A DNA stretch of 61,208 nt, the filler included, from Basidiobolus ranarum (Eukaryota): NCBI GenBank assembly GCA_040143965.1. It is 20 parts of 20 records of this genome, joined end to end, with 100 filler letters (N's around TTAATTAATTAA, not from the genome) between each part and the next. Parts side by side here need not be neighbours in the genome. Positions count along the whole stretch, not along the records: positions 36,854 to 39,813 come from JASJQH010009702.1; positions 39,914 to 42,872 come from JASJQH010009703.1; positions 42,973 to 45,930 come from JASJQH010009704.1; positions 46,031 to 48,987 come from JASJQH010009705.1; positions 49,088 to 52,043 come from JASJQH010009706.1; 15 more parts are not named here. The stretch is one strand, 5' to 3'. The notes under the pieces were generated by a model. That model made no database searches. It worked only from the letters and a program-made list of their open reading frames with translations, and had not been told where the DNA came from. Position 1 is the stretch's first letter. Every line of letters starts with the position of its first letter. Shown here one piece after another: positions 36,854 through 49,416 of the stretch. Made by a program: the position numbers and the translations under genes.

Positions 36854-39070
36854 CATGTTCCAACCATGATGTACAACAAACTACCAACCATATATTGAGA
36901 GGAAATTTCTGGCTTGCATTTGAATCCAAAAATGTCTGATTTGAGCCATTTTTAGTCAAGTTAAGATTTGTCTCCATTGGGATAGACATTGGATTATATT
37001 TTTCCATTTTAAACTTGTTTAGTATATCTAGTATATACTTGGACTGGTTTAAAGCTATTATTTTGGTAGCTGTATCTATCTTAACTTGGATTCCAAGATA
37101 GTATATCAATTCACTAAGATCAGTCATTTTGAACTCAGCAGATAAGCTGGATTTGGTTTTCTCCAAAGTCTTCAAGTCAATGGTTGCTTTAATAGGGTCA
37201 TCTACATATAAGGCTAATAAAACTGGGTTTTCTTATCTAGCCTGAAGTAGATACTACAGTCATCATTAGTCTTTTGGAGGTTGGGTGTTTCCAAAGAAGC
37301 ATCTATCTTGCTATTACAAGCTCTTAGAGATTGTTATAAGCCATAGAGTGTTTCTAGAGTCTGCAAGCTTTTTTGGGGTTTTCTGGGTCCACAAATCCAT
37401 CTGGCCGGTCTATATAGATCTCTTCAGCAAGCTCATCATTCAAAAAAGCAACTTGAACATCCATTTGATGTTTAATATACTGATATTTAGCAGAAACTGC
37501 TAAAATCAAACTAATTGAAATAAAATTTGCTACAAAAGCAAAAGTTTCTGTATAATCTATTCCTGATGTTTAGGAATAGCCATTGACTACTAGTCCAGCC
37601 TTATACCTTTCTATATTGCCATCATAGTTGTATTTAACTTTAAACACCTGTTGGCAGCCAATTGATTTTCTAGCACCAGGTAAGTAGGTTGAAATCCAAG
37701 TTTGATTATCAACTAAAGCCTGGTGCTCATCAGCCATTGCAGATCTCCAAATTCTGTGTGAGGGCCATTCAGGGCCTTGTTTACAGTCTGGGGCTCATGT
37801 ATTTGAGCTGTGCAGGTATAGGCCCATATTTTTCACTCATTGATGAAGCAATCAAGGCTATTTCTGATCCGATTTGATCTCCTGGTTTCCAATAAAGGTA
37901 CTACAGCTTCTTTCATTGTATTGGGCACTTCAGTAGGCAAAATTTGGTTGAAGGATCCACAGGAATGCTATTTTTGTCATAGTTTTGGTTTGATTCAGTT
38001 GGAATATTTGGATCAAGAGAAAATTGATTTTCATCATCATCTGAGGTATTTTGAGTGAAAATGTTTCATTTTCAATAAACAAAACATCTCTGGACTTGAT
38101 TAACTACAAAATTTTGGAATCATAGATTCTGTAGGCCTTAGTTTTAGTACAATGCCCAGAAATATGCATTTCTAACTTTTTGGAGCAAATTTGGACCAAT
38201 TTTTGATCATAATTTTGACATAAGCAATGCATCCAAAGATCCTCAAATGCTTTATATCAGGTTTAACTCCAAACCAAGCTTGATATGGTGTAGAGTTAGA
38301 GAGACTTCTAGTAAAACTCCTATTTTTCAGATATACAGCTGTAGCAACAGACACTGCTCAAAAGTTATGAGAAAAATTTTGTGCATTTATTATAGATCTT
38401 ACCCTTTCTATTATAGTCCTGTTAACTTTTCAGCAACTTGATTTTGTTGAGATGAATAGGGGGCAGTAGTTTCTTGCTTAATACCATGAACTTTACAAAA
38501 GTGCTTAAATAGTGTTGTAGTATATTCTCCACCATTATCAGTATATATTTTTTTGATTTTAGTTCCAGTTTCAGTCTCCATTATTGTTTTTAAAATGTCT
38601 AAAGATAGAGAGAGCTGCTTCTTTTCTTTCTATAAAGTAGTCACAAGTGTATCTTGTATAATCATCAATAAATGCAATTAAATATCTTTTTCCACCTAAA
38701 GATAAATTTTGCGTAGGTCCTCACATATCTGAATGAAATAGATCCAACTTTTTTGACAGATTTAATTAAACCAGAGCTCTTGAACAGCTGTCTGGCTTGT
38801 TTTCCATATATACAACCCTCACAAGTTTCCATTTTGGTTGGGGGGTTAATTCAACTTCCAGAAATTAGGTGATTTTTGAACATTTTGATCAGATAATCAA
38901 ATCCATTATGGCAAATCTCTTTTGCAATAATTGAATAGTTTTGTGATTGGAATAACTTAGAGTTACACATAAATCTCTTGGATTATATTTAAGTTTGTAT
39001 AAGTTCTGATCCTTTTCTCCCAAAGCTAAATAATTCCCATTTTGATCTGTGATGGTGCATCCTGACTTAT
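36854..39070 (-). mobile_element. Degenerate copia pol (pre-integrase, integrase, RT)
   Basis: HSDM.GP, TDNGGEY, ATAVYLKNRS, HLRIFGC, LYVDD and FKMTDLSELIYYLGIQV in IN-RT order. Confidence 0.92.
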
Positions 39071-39385
39071 TGTTGGAGGATCTTGACATAATGGGAGTAG
39101 ACTTTGAGTATTAGAAGCAACTTATGATAGTGTTTTAGTTAGTTTATTCTCAAGAGTATATGGTGACTTATATAGTAGAAAAGTATATCAATTGTTTGAG
39201 ATCTTCAGGAGTTTGTGTAATAAGATATAATAGATAAGTGGGGGTAATAAGACATACTTGTTATAGAGATATAGAGATATTCCTATTTAGAATATAGGGG
39301 CTACAGATACGTTGCTTTCTGTTTCAGATATATGTATCATAACTAAAGTTAACTATGTTGTTGAATAAAGATTATTTATCCAACA
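39071..39385 (+). repeat. Probable solo LTR (family D)
   Basis: TGTTGGA...TCCAACA inverted ends, AATAAA near the 3' end; truncates the copia frame. Confidence 0.65.
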
Positions 39386-39813
39386 CCCTAACAGAAATTT
39401 GAGGATTGTTATTGTAGGAAAACCATCACAATTTTAATCTATTTGGGATTGACCATTTACTTACCATCATAAAATTGTCAAGTTAGATTTGTTTTAATCA
39501 ACTTTTTCAGTTTCAGGAGTGAAATTTCAAGATCTCACAAAATAGTTGCAAATGATTGGCTAAAAGCTCAGAGAACTATGGATCAATACATGTGCAAAAA
39601 ACATAACTCAAATTTTACACAATTAACACTTGAACGCTAATTTGTCACCTTCAAAATCCCTAGTCTCTTTGATATATTCTCCTGAATATTTTTATAAAGT
39701 TATTCATACCCAAGGTTTAGCTCATACCCAACACAAGTTTGTGTCAATATCTCCATCAAAGCCCACCATTGTATTAACATTGCTGAATCAACATTCTTCC
39801 AGCTATCTGGCAG
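39386..39813 (-). mobile_element. Opposite terminus of the CMC/EnSpm element and ORF2 3' region
   Basis: Starts CCCTAACAGAAAT, matching the CCCTAACAAAAAT terminus; continues into sequence shared with 15-190 and 39914-40140. Confidence 0.55.
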
Positions 39814-39913
39814 NNNNNNNNNNNNNNNNNNNNNNNNNNNNNNNNNNNNNNNNNNNNTTAATTAATTAANNNNNNNNNNNNNNNNNNNNNNNNNNNNNNN
39901 NNNNNNNNNNNNN

Positions 39914-42248
39914 GTGCAAAAAACATAACTCAAATTTAAACAATTACCACTTGAAAGCTAATTTGTCATCTTTAAAAACCCTAGTCTCTTCAATATAATA
40001 TCCTGAATATTTTTATAGAGTTCTTCATACCCAAGGTTTAGCTCATGTCTAACACAAGTTTGTATTAATATCTCCATCAAAGCCTACCATTGTATTAATG
40101 TTGCCAAATCAACATTCTTCCAGCTATCTGGCAGATACCCTGCAATATTGTGCCACTCTGTATTAAGTTCTTCCTGGATATCAGCATGGTCAACACCAGA
40201 CTGAATGTCAAGTTGAATGTCCTTCTTGTGAAGTCACTTTCTGCATACTTGCACTGCATTTTTCCATTCATAATTTTGAAAATGCTGCTCAAGCACTTTG
40301 ACTATTGTTTTACATCCTTGTAGTGTGACACTACTGAGGGTGCTTTGTGGTGTTTGTGCAGCTTTTTACTTGCCTTTACCTTAGGGGCTAATTTCAACAC
40401 TTTGAAAAGCACTGGTTGAGGTTGGAGAGCCATGAGTTTTATTTGCTGGTGTTTTGGCTTGTAGAGAGGTGCCAGGTGTTGGATAAACTTCCAAATTTAG
40501 CACTCTTCCAACTGGTGTACCCAGTTCCATGGTGAAATTAAGCTTTTTTGCCACTATATCTGACTCTGGAAATGCAGATCTTTGTAATGGTGTGAAGAAT
40601 TCCACAAGTGGGACAGTAGAGCCTAAACTCACTGGCTTGTTTGCTTTTCAATTGAGTTTACCAGCTTCCTGCTCCTTCAGTACTTCTTTAGCCACTTTTC
40701 TTTCTTTTCCAAGTTGATATTTGCGCACATTTTTGAGATGTTTCAAGAATAGGCCTACACTAGCCCAATTGTCATTTGCTTGCAAAGACCCAGGATAAGT
40801 TTTCCACAATTTTTAGGGTAAGTAAATTCAATCTGAATGAGCCATTTGAGATAGGATCACTATATGAGTCAAATGGGAAGATGCTTGAAAATTTCCATAT
40901 ACCAACATATTTGACCTGGACTCCCTTCAATGTCCTCTCAACTAGGTGTCTATTCAAATGCAAAGACTGGAAGACAGGACTTATCAATATTCAAGTGGAA
41001 TCTTGAAATGCTTTTGGCCTGATATGCATTGGTAACATTGGGTGATATTTGTGTGTTTTGTTAATATATTCTTATGGTGTCACCTTACATTGGCAGATCT
41101 CAGGCAGATAGAGAAACTGTGTGAAGATTTTGAAATTGGATACAAACTGTAATACAGGTTTAAAGAAGCTAGACTCAATCTATGCTGGTGCTCAATATAA
41201 TCCCTGCTTCATCCTTCACAATGCTTAGATATTATAGGCCCTTGATATACATTCTGGAAGCTCCCAATGGAGCACACTTGCAGTGAAATGATGCTCCATG
41301 TGCAATTGTCAGTATTACCATATGCTAATCTCATAAATAATGTCTCAGTAAAATCAGTCATGGATATAATACAATGGGTTAAGGAGACTCTAGAGTATAT
41401 TAACCTTCCAACAAAGGCCTATTTCCAATATGCTAGCAGGTTATTGCATTGTTTGAGCTCAATAACAGCAACAAAACCAAATCCATAGACTCAGAGTGGG
41501 ATCTTCTATAATTTGACTAATTTGTTTGAGTGATAATATGCTGGTATTTCAGAAAGATGCAAGACACACTTCTTGGAGAGATAGATCAAGATATGCATTA
41601 TTATAGTTTTGCTATGGGGTAATCTATTAAAGCATTGACACTTCTACTTGTAACAGGACATTTGTTGACTGCAAGTTGGGTATATTTTAACTGAATTCTT
41701 TATGGTAATTTACCAAAATCCAAGAGCTTATTCTTGTTGTGTTTGGCAACAAGAGTCAGCTATTTGCAAAGTGTTAGTGCAGCTCAAAATTATCAATGTT
41801 TAGCAATTTTTCCACTACTAGTTTGCTGGTAAAGCTTATTGATGTTGTTTAGTATTGTGTGATCAGTCAAATATGTGCATATGTAGAGACCAAGCACAAT
41901 GAGATTCTTGTATTTCTTGATTCGCATTATGGCTGGAATACAGGGCATAAAATATCCAAATAAAGGCATGCATATTAATTCCAAAGCCTATAGCAGTAAA
42001 TGCCATAATTTGTCATTCAAATTTTGTTTTTTGCATAATTTTTTGGAGAATAAATAATGCATGCCAAAGATTAGGATCAATATTTTTCCATGTGTGAATA
42101 CCATCAAATGACTGTTAAAAAGCTGCCATCTCACCTTCAAAATCCTTGGCAGAATTCAAGCCATCAAGAATGTAAAGGTTCTCTGATGGTTTTGCTATCA
42201 ACAATGGTGGATCCTATCTGGATCAAATTGATTTTATTTTTCTTAGGC
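39914..42248. mobile_element. Internally deleted CMC/EnSpm copy: ORF2 (minus, to ~40770) joined to transposase 3' half (plus) and terminus
   Basis: GP.YTFW..PMEHTC region at ~41235-41285; ends GGATCAAATTGATTTTATTTTCTTAGG. Confidence 0.75.
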
Positions 42249-42681
42249 AATTTGGCCTTATTGGATTTGATTATTTGAGCAACATGACCAAAATTACCTA
42301 ATTTCTGGAATTCAAATTAACCCCCAAACCAAATTGGAAATTTGTGAAGGTTGTGTATATGGAAATTCAGACAGCTCAAGAGCTCAGGTCTAATCAAATC
42401 TGACAAAAAATTGGATATAATAGATTCACATTTGTGTGGCCTTTTGCAAAATTTGTCTTTAGGTGGAAAAAGATTTATGCTCCCATAAATTGATGATTAT
42501 ACAAGATACACTTGGGGCTACTTTAAGAAGAGAAAAGAAGAACCCCTCTCTATCTTTAGAGATTTAGTAGCACTAGTGGAAACTGATGCTTAAAATAAAT
42601 CAAGAAAATACATAGGGATAATGGTAGAAAATATTGTTCAACAGCATTTAAGCACTTTTGCAAAGTTTATGGAATTATATA
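42249..42681 (+). mobile_element. Copia integrase fragment
   Basis: CEGCVYG, CGLLQNLSLGGKR and IDDYTRYTW motifs. Confidence 0.82.
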
Positions 42682-42872
42682 GACTTGTTCCATTGGACCA
42701 GGTCAGATTGTGCCGCTTGATCCAGCCTGCTAGTACACAATCTGGTGTGATCTGTCAATTACCATGGCTGGGTCCTATAACACTTGATGAGACTCTATAA
42801 GGAACAATATGGCACTATCCCACCACAATCGGACACAATGATTTCATTGGAGATATTGTGCCAGCCTGTAAT
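42682..42872 (+). mobile_element. MITE-like element end (second copy at 55006-55099)
   Basis: TA|GACTTGTTCCATT start and ~90 bp colinear with 55006-55099; each copy truncates a copia frame. Confidence 0.6.
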
Positions 42873-42972
42873 NNNNNNNNNNNNNNNNNNNNNNNNNNNN
42901 NNNNNNNNNNNNNNNNTTAATTAATTAANNNNNNNNNNNNNNNNNNNNNNNNNNNNNNNNNNNNNNNNNNNN

Positions 42973-45097
42973 AGCCCATATTTTCCCAATAGGTTGTGCG
43001 CCCCATGTTCCAACACTACAGCATGACAGAAACCACTACTACCACTTTTATCAACTCAAGTGTTTAAAAGCTTGATGGAGAAAATTGCAATTTCTGGAAG
43101 TGCAAGATGCCTATTATGCTGGAAGACAGGGAGCTTTGGGATGTAGTCTCTGGAGATGAAAAGAAACCTTCTGACCCTTCTTTATTGGAAGCTTACAAGA
43201 ATAGAGACAAAAAGGCCTTTAATGCCATTTGTCTAGGTTTGAAAGATTCATGACTTGTGAATATTTATTGTGCAAAAAGTTCCCACCATGCTTGGACTAT
43301 ATTGGAGGAGTGTTATTAAGCAAAGAGTCTTGCTAATAGACTCTTTCTCAGATGTAAATTTTTCAATAAAAAGATGGAAAAGTCTGAAAGCATGTTTACT
43401 CATATTGGAAATGCAAGATCTTTGGCAAAACAACTGGAAAATATTGGTGCAACTTTACAGGAAGAAGATGTTGTTATGACTCTTCTAAATATTCTACCAG
43501 AATAGTATTCAAACTGCTCACAGCTTTGGAAGCGAAGTCTGAAAAGTTGTCTTTGGAGTTTGTGGTAGCAAGGCTAATGGATCAACACCCCAGAAATAAA
43601 AATTTGGAAAAAGAATCTGGGGAACCAGCACTTTTTGGAGCTGGAAAACATAGTTTTGGCAAGTACAACATTTACAAAAGAAGGAAACCAAGTTTATGTA
43701 ATGATTGTAACAAACCAGGAAACCGGTTGAAAGATCATAAATCAAGAAATTACAACAAAAATGTGTAGGTTATGGTTTATTGATTCTGGATCCTCTCAAA
43801 ATTTCTCTAATCAAAAAAACTAGTTTAAGACACTCAAAACTGACATAAACAAGAAGGTTTATATGGGAGATGACCGGTTACTAGAAGCTCTGAGAGTGGG
43901 AGAAATTGAAGTAGATCTTGGTGCCATCTATGGGATCATGTATTTGACACTGAAAAGCTAGCTATATATGCCTGAGATCGCGAACAACTTGTTATCAGTT
44001 AGTAAAGCTACATATGTGTGGTGTAGCTTTATTTTGATCAAAATGGCTGTATAATTAGGGATCAAAAAGGGAATAACATAGCTTCTGGACTAAGCCCAAT
44101 AACTTGGATAAACTTCATTATATTAGGCCAATATATGAGCAAGTTAATAAAGCCACAGCTGAAAAGATAGAATGCAAAATCTGGCCAGGGAGATTTTGTC
44201 ATCTAGCATCTTAAAATTTGGGAGATTTAATCAAAAACAAGATAGTTTTGGGATTACATTTTGAAATACCACGGGATCTAAAGCTATATGAGGTTGTCTG
44301 TGTGGTAGGTAACACAGACAGCCTTTTGGGCCTCTGGAATGAGCAAAATTGATCAACAATTGGGCTTGATACCCTCAGGTCTGTGTGGCCAAATGCAGAC
44401 AAAATCCTTAGGCTGAAAAAGGTATTTTATGACCATTATTGATGATAAGACAAAGTATAATTGGGTGTACTTTCTGGCCAGTAAGAAATGAAGCCTTTGG
44501 CATCTTCAAGAAGTTCAAACAATGGTGGAGACCAAAACAGGTCTAAAAATTAAGATTATCTGAACTGATAATGGAGGGTAATACACCTCAAAAGTCTTCT
44601 CTAACTTTTGCTCAACACATGGACTAAAACAGCAGACTACAGTGCAATATTCCTCACAGCAGAATGGAGTAGCAGAACATGCAAACAGATCAATAATTGA
44701 ACAGGCAAGATCAATGCTTCAAGATCAAGATTAACAAAACAGTTCTTGGCTGAATTGGTTGCTACTGCAGTATATATTAGGAATAGTTATCCTTCCAGGT
44801 CTCTATTGGCTCTGACACCTCATCAAGCTTGGCTTGGAAATAAGCTTGATGTGGCTAATCTCAGAGCTTTTGGAAATATCACATATGCAATGAATCCAGA
44901 CCAGAAGAGATCAAAATTAGATCAAAATTGCCAGAAATGTCTTTTTTGGGATATTGTGGAGGAACAAAATAGTACAGACTATGTGATACCAAAAATAAGA
45001 AGCTAATCAAGTCAAGGGATGTGGAATCTGCTGAAGAAGAAGCATCTACAAGCAAAACAATCCAGGATCAAGAAAAACAATCAAAAACTGATGAAAA
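42973..45097 (+). mobile_element. Degenerate copia gag-protease-integrase with decayed PBS (GGTTGTGCGCCCC at ~42992)
   Basis: FWKCKM...LEDRELWDVVSG, WFIDSGSSQ, TDNGG, QQNGVAE and ATAVYIRN motifs. Confidence 0.92.
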
Positions 45098-45930
45098 TTC
45101 CATGGAAGGTCACCTGATCATCCTTACATCATTGTTATATCATCCCTCTTTGTATTGGTCCTTGTAGCGCCCAACACTCTGACTCTTGAACTTGCCACAG
45201 TATATTCCCTATTAAGTATATTAAGTTACACCTTGCAATATCTATATAATTCCCATGTATTCCTTGATCAGACCTCAGTCTGATCAACACTACTTATCAA
45301 TAAAGATTCTTGCCAAAGTATCTTCCTTGTCCAGGCTTGTCTTGTCTTGTGGTCTACACCCAAATACTCTCCTGCCTTCTAGCCTCTTGTTGTTGTTCCC
45401 AGTCTTTGTCCAGTTCCTTATTGTGACAGTTTCATCAGACTACTTATACTTGCCTGTAGACTTCTATCCATCCCTGTTCTCCAACCTTGAAGCCACCCAA
45501 GGTTGGCTTCCCTCTTAATTCCCATCTTTCCCAAGCTTCCCTGCTAAGGCAAAGGTACCTTCCACCATTGGACAGTTGCTATACGTGCATCCTTGTCAAG
45601 ACACTACTGGTTGAGTTTACAGTTCTTTTTGATCAAAGAAGCTTTAAACTTGATCAAGATCAAAGGACATTGATACCAGCATATTCTCTTGTCAAGGCAC
45701 TGATCATTTCTTCAACAGAAAGTTGGACATTGCATTATGATTATCATTCCTAGAGAAACTTGTGGTTTTTAAAACTTCCCCCTCCCAACATAGTAAGTAT
45801 TATGTCTACACCAGCCCTCACAATGGAAGATGTTATGTGAGCCCTTACTCAGCTTCAGTAAGAAAATCAGAACTTTGTCCTTCCATGGCTCATGTACTGA
45901 ATTCAGCTCCACCCAGCTATACTGCAATTC
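45098..45930 (+). mobile_element. LTR family C 3' part (to 45428) followed by probable internal sequence
   Basis: Matches 22700-23043 and ends TTGTGACA; downstream DNA is CpG-poor with broken frames. Confidence 0.65.
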
Positions 45931-46030
45931 NNNNNNNNNNNNNNNNNNNNNNNNNNNNNNNNNNNNNNNNNNNNTTAATTAATTAANNNNNNNNNNNNNN
46001 NNNNNNNNNNNNNNNNNNNNNNNNNNNNNN

Positions 46031-46428
46031 CTGTTTCTTTTCGCTAAGGGTGTGGAGTTCAGGAGAGCTAAAGGCAACAATAGTAAGCATATGTCGAAAC
46101 TCCGAGATACGATTAGCAGTATTTACTCTTCATCCAATGCTTTGAATACGGGGTCTATGGTGTTTTCTCTTTCGTAAGAATTGTGGCCACTTTTCGATGA
46201 GATAGTTTCAGTTAAAGGGATATTTCTAGATCGAGATACAGCTGTATTGTAACGGTTGAAGATATTCTGATTCGACCCTGTGCTTGGAAGCGAATCGTCA
46301 CTAGCTACTGATAGTAAGGAGTTGTTGCTTTTTTTGTATTTTCGCCACTCCATCTGAGTATCATCCACGTCGAATTCCACATAGTTCACTCGAGGGCGAG
46401 TGGGACTATTATTGCGAGAACTGGCCAT
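46031..46428 (-). CDS. Probable first coding exon of a host gene, function unknown (truncated)
   Basis: MASSRNNSPTRPRVNYVEFDVDDTQMEW... Ser-rich ORF in CpG-normal DNA; GTAAAT donor and GCTAAT branch-like site near 46125-46110. Confidence 0.55.
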
Positions 46429-48019
46429 CTAGAAAGCAGAGGTAAGAGAAATAGTAAAGTGGTAGGGAGAAATCAAATGCGTATGGTATGTTTATAGATT
46501 CTAGGGCAGACTTGACTGCATCAAGAACAGGTAGCTGTAGATCAAGGTACAACGTGTAGAAAAGAAAGAACAATGAGTGAGAAAGACAAAAGCTCACTAC
46601 GGAGCTTTTTATCAATCCGAGCGGGTCAGCGATTTCCCCGAAATAGCAGGTGCACCACTAAATCAGCTTAAAACAAACCCCACCCTAAAATTAGAAGTAG
46701 TCTTAGATCTCTAAGGAGTCTCCCTGTGACTGCCATCGATGTCAATAGTAATTTTGCTTTTGCTGGGCACACAAAGAACATGGAACTCATTGAATAGGTA
46801 AGTGTAATGCTTGTTGGTGCTTGTTCGCTTGAGAAAACTATAATAATAGCAATCGACTAAATCGAGTCAAATGTAGGGTTACTTTCATTAATACTTGTCC
46901 AACAATATTTGATTGTGGAACATGATTGCAATGTGATTGGAAAACTACGTAGCGTCTTCTGATATGGAAATCATCAATTAGCATGTTCCACTATCTTTAG
47001 ATTAGGTCCACCCAAAAGCGGACTGAGCGACCTGATCTCGGAGTCCATGATTCCTGATCAGCAATCCAGATCCAATGAGCTCATGATTCACCTACAAATG
47101 AATGCTTGAAACGATCTTGATGCTAGGAGATGACTGGCCGCATCATCCCATGGTAACGATTTGCATTCTCGTCATTCCATACCCTTCGCTGCCCCTCAGC
47201 GCTTGTTCCTCGAAGTCAGACAAACAATGGTTGACTCCCAGCGTTGGTCACCGCCGCAGTTGTCTTCAGCTTGCATGCGATCTCTAGAGTCCAATCAGAT
47301 AGACTCTCTAGCCACTTTCCCATTTGCATGTAGGTGGCTAAATACGGGAGAATCTGATTCGGAACGATCCAGCCATTCCATGGAAGTCGCAGATGTTGAG
47401 ACGATTTGACCTAGGGTTAGCACGCATAGCTAACCTTGATATGTTTATGGTTTAATGGAGGCATTTGTAGTCTACAGTATTGGCTGTCCAGTTGATAGGG
47501 ATTTTGGTACTATTCCGGTTGGTCTAAGAGTCTATTGAGATAACATCATTTTCTGACCGCGGAATATACCCAGACTACTCTGTCTAAGGCTATACAGTAA
47601 GGGATATTAAACAGTGTTTAACCCTGAGGGTATTTTGCAAGTAAATAATTTTCTCTCAATAATCCCGAGTTTGCTTTAAGAAGCCCGAGTGCTTCACTTT
47701 ATATGTTTGTGAGCTATTGAAAGTGCCAAAGGTAATTAGAACAAAAATCTGGTGAGCTTGTTACGCTTTCTGTATCATCTGACTCCTAGAGTTTGCTACT
47801 AATGCACTTGATACCTTACAAAATGTTGAAAATGGAGTGAGTACTGTAAGTAATTAACTGCACACCAGATATACTAGCTGGTAAGCTGATGGTATTTCTG
47901 AAGTTCTTGGGTTTCATTTGTTTAGGATCATTTGAAGAAGCAGTGTATGTCAGTGCAGTACCTAGCTTTGAACTATATACAAAGAGGAGGAAAAAACTTC
48001 ACAACATTGGGCTCTTATT

Positions 48020-48987
48020 TATTGAAGTATTTTGGGAGTTGTTGGAATTTATTTGTGTACCTAGAAGAATTGGTGGTTTTCACTTAATGACTTATTGAGT
48101 ACAAGTTGACATTTGTACTTTTGTACCGAAGTAGATAACCTAATGTCTACAATATATTCAGGAAGGCTCTAGGAACACCTGTTCAAGATTTGGGGTCTTT
48201 TGAACAAGTTTGAGAAAAGCATATAATTTGAGTACTTCAAAGTTGGAAAATGTATTCCATATGAAGATATTGAGCAAAACATAGTGAAACTTAGGTAGCT
48301 AGCTCTATGACTATACAGATGCTTAAGCTATATCATTTTCAACAGTATTCATAAGCTTCTCTATGGTATTAATTGTGGATACAAGCACTACTTTTTGTTG
48401 AAGTATTTTGCAAGTTTATTGCAAGTGGTTTGGAGAACAAAAATTGATGGTTTTCACTAATTGATTTATTAAGTAGAAAGTTGACATTTATAGTTTTGTC
48501 AAAATGAAAAAAAGACAAACATGTAGAATGTGTTAAAGAAGGTCCCAGAAACTTGTGTGGTATGCTTAGGGCCTCTAGCACAAGTTTGAAAAATCTATAT
48601 ATCTGAGAACTTCTAAGTTGGTAGAAATATTCCAAGTAAATTCCAATTAAGAATAATGAGTGATATCTTAGTGAGCTATGGAATAACTAAATACTGAGCT
48701 ATATAGGACTATATAGGTGTTTGGCTATGCAAGTTCAATATGCATCACTCCAAATTTGTACTGGGTATCAGCAGTCTTGAGACTACTTCAATGGTTCTAA
48801 TTATGAATAATACAGTGCTTGAGGTTGTTGAGATTAGCATTACCTAAGCACCTATATAGTCATATATAGCTTAGTATTTAGTTATCCTATATTGAACTAA
48901 GATATTACCCATTATTCTCATGAGGAATTTACTTGGAATATTGCCACCAACTTACAAGTTCTCAGATACATAGATTTTTTCAAACTT
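48020..48987. repeat. Three clustered LTR A copies: ~48020-48344 (-), 48396-48740 (-), 48826-48987 (+, partial)
   Basis: Each aligns by eye to 55460-55807. Confidence 0.82.
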
Positions 48988-49089
48988 NNNNNNNNNNNNN
49001 NNNNNNNNNNNNNNNNNNNNNNNNNNNNNNNTTAATTAATTAANNNNNNNNNNNNNNNNNNNNNNNNNNNNNNNNNNNNNNNNNNNNGT

Positions 49090-49416
49090 TTAGCTAAACT
49101 TTGAACTTAATCTCAGCTTCCATTTGCGGAAGATAAAAATACCAACTGCGGATAAAACCACAACAACCCCTACTGAAACTCCGGCCGCAACAACTGTTTT
49201 GTTGCTGCCATCATTACTATTAGACTGGTTTCCATTAGGAGTAGTAGAAGGTGAGGAGCTAGTTGTGAAGCTGTCAGTGGGTGTAACGATGCTGGTTATA
49301 GTTTTTCCAGCTTCAGTTGAGGTTATGATGCTGGTTATAGTGTTCTGAGCTGTGGTATGAAAGCAACTAATTAGCACCAAAAGTGCGAGATATATCACTT
49401 GAATGCGCAGATTCAT
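49090..49416 (-). CDS. Small type I membrane protein (signal peptide, Ser/Thr-rich ectodomain, transmembrane helix, FRKWKL tail); Mid2/Skg6-like architecture
   Basis: Hydrophobic N-terminus, Thr/Ser run, VVAAGVSVGVVVVLSAVGIFIF followed by basic residues. The stop lies 2 nt from the contig end, so the C-terminus is uncertain. Confidence 0.8.
   Translation of the reverse strand: MNLRIQVIYLALLVLISCFHTTAQNTITSIITSTEAGKTITSIVTPTDSFTTSSSPSTTPNGNQSNSNDGSNKTVVAAGVSVGVVVVLSAVGIFIFRKWKLRLSSKFS

Noticed and set aside
39593-40140. Apparent overlap or tandem duplication across the spacer at 39814-39913
   Set aside because: The two copies differ at many positions, so they are paralogous TE copies on separate contigs.
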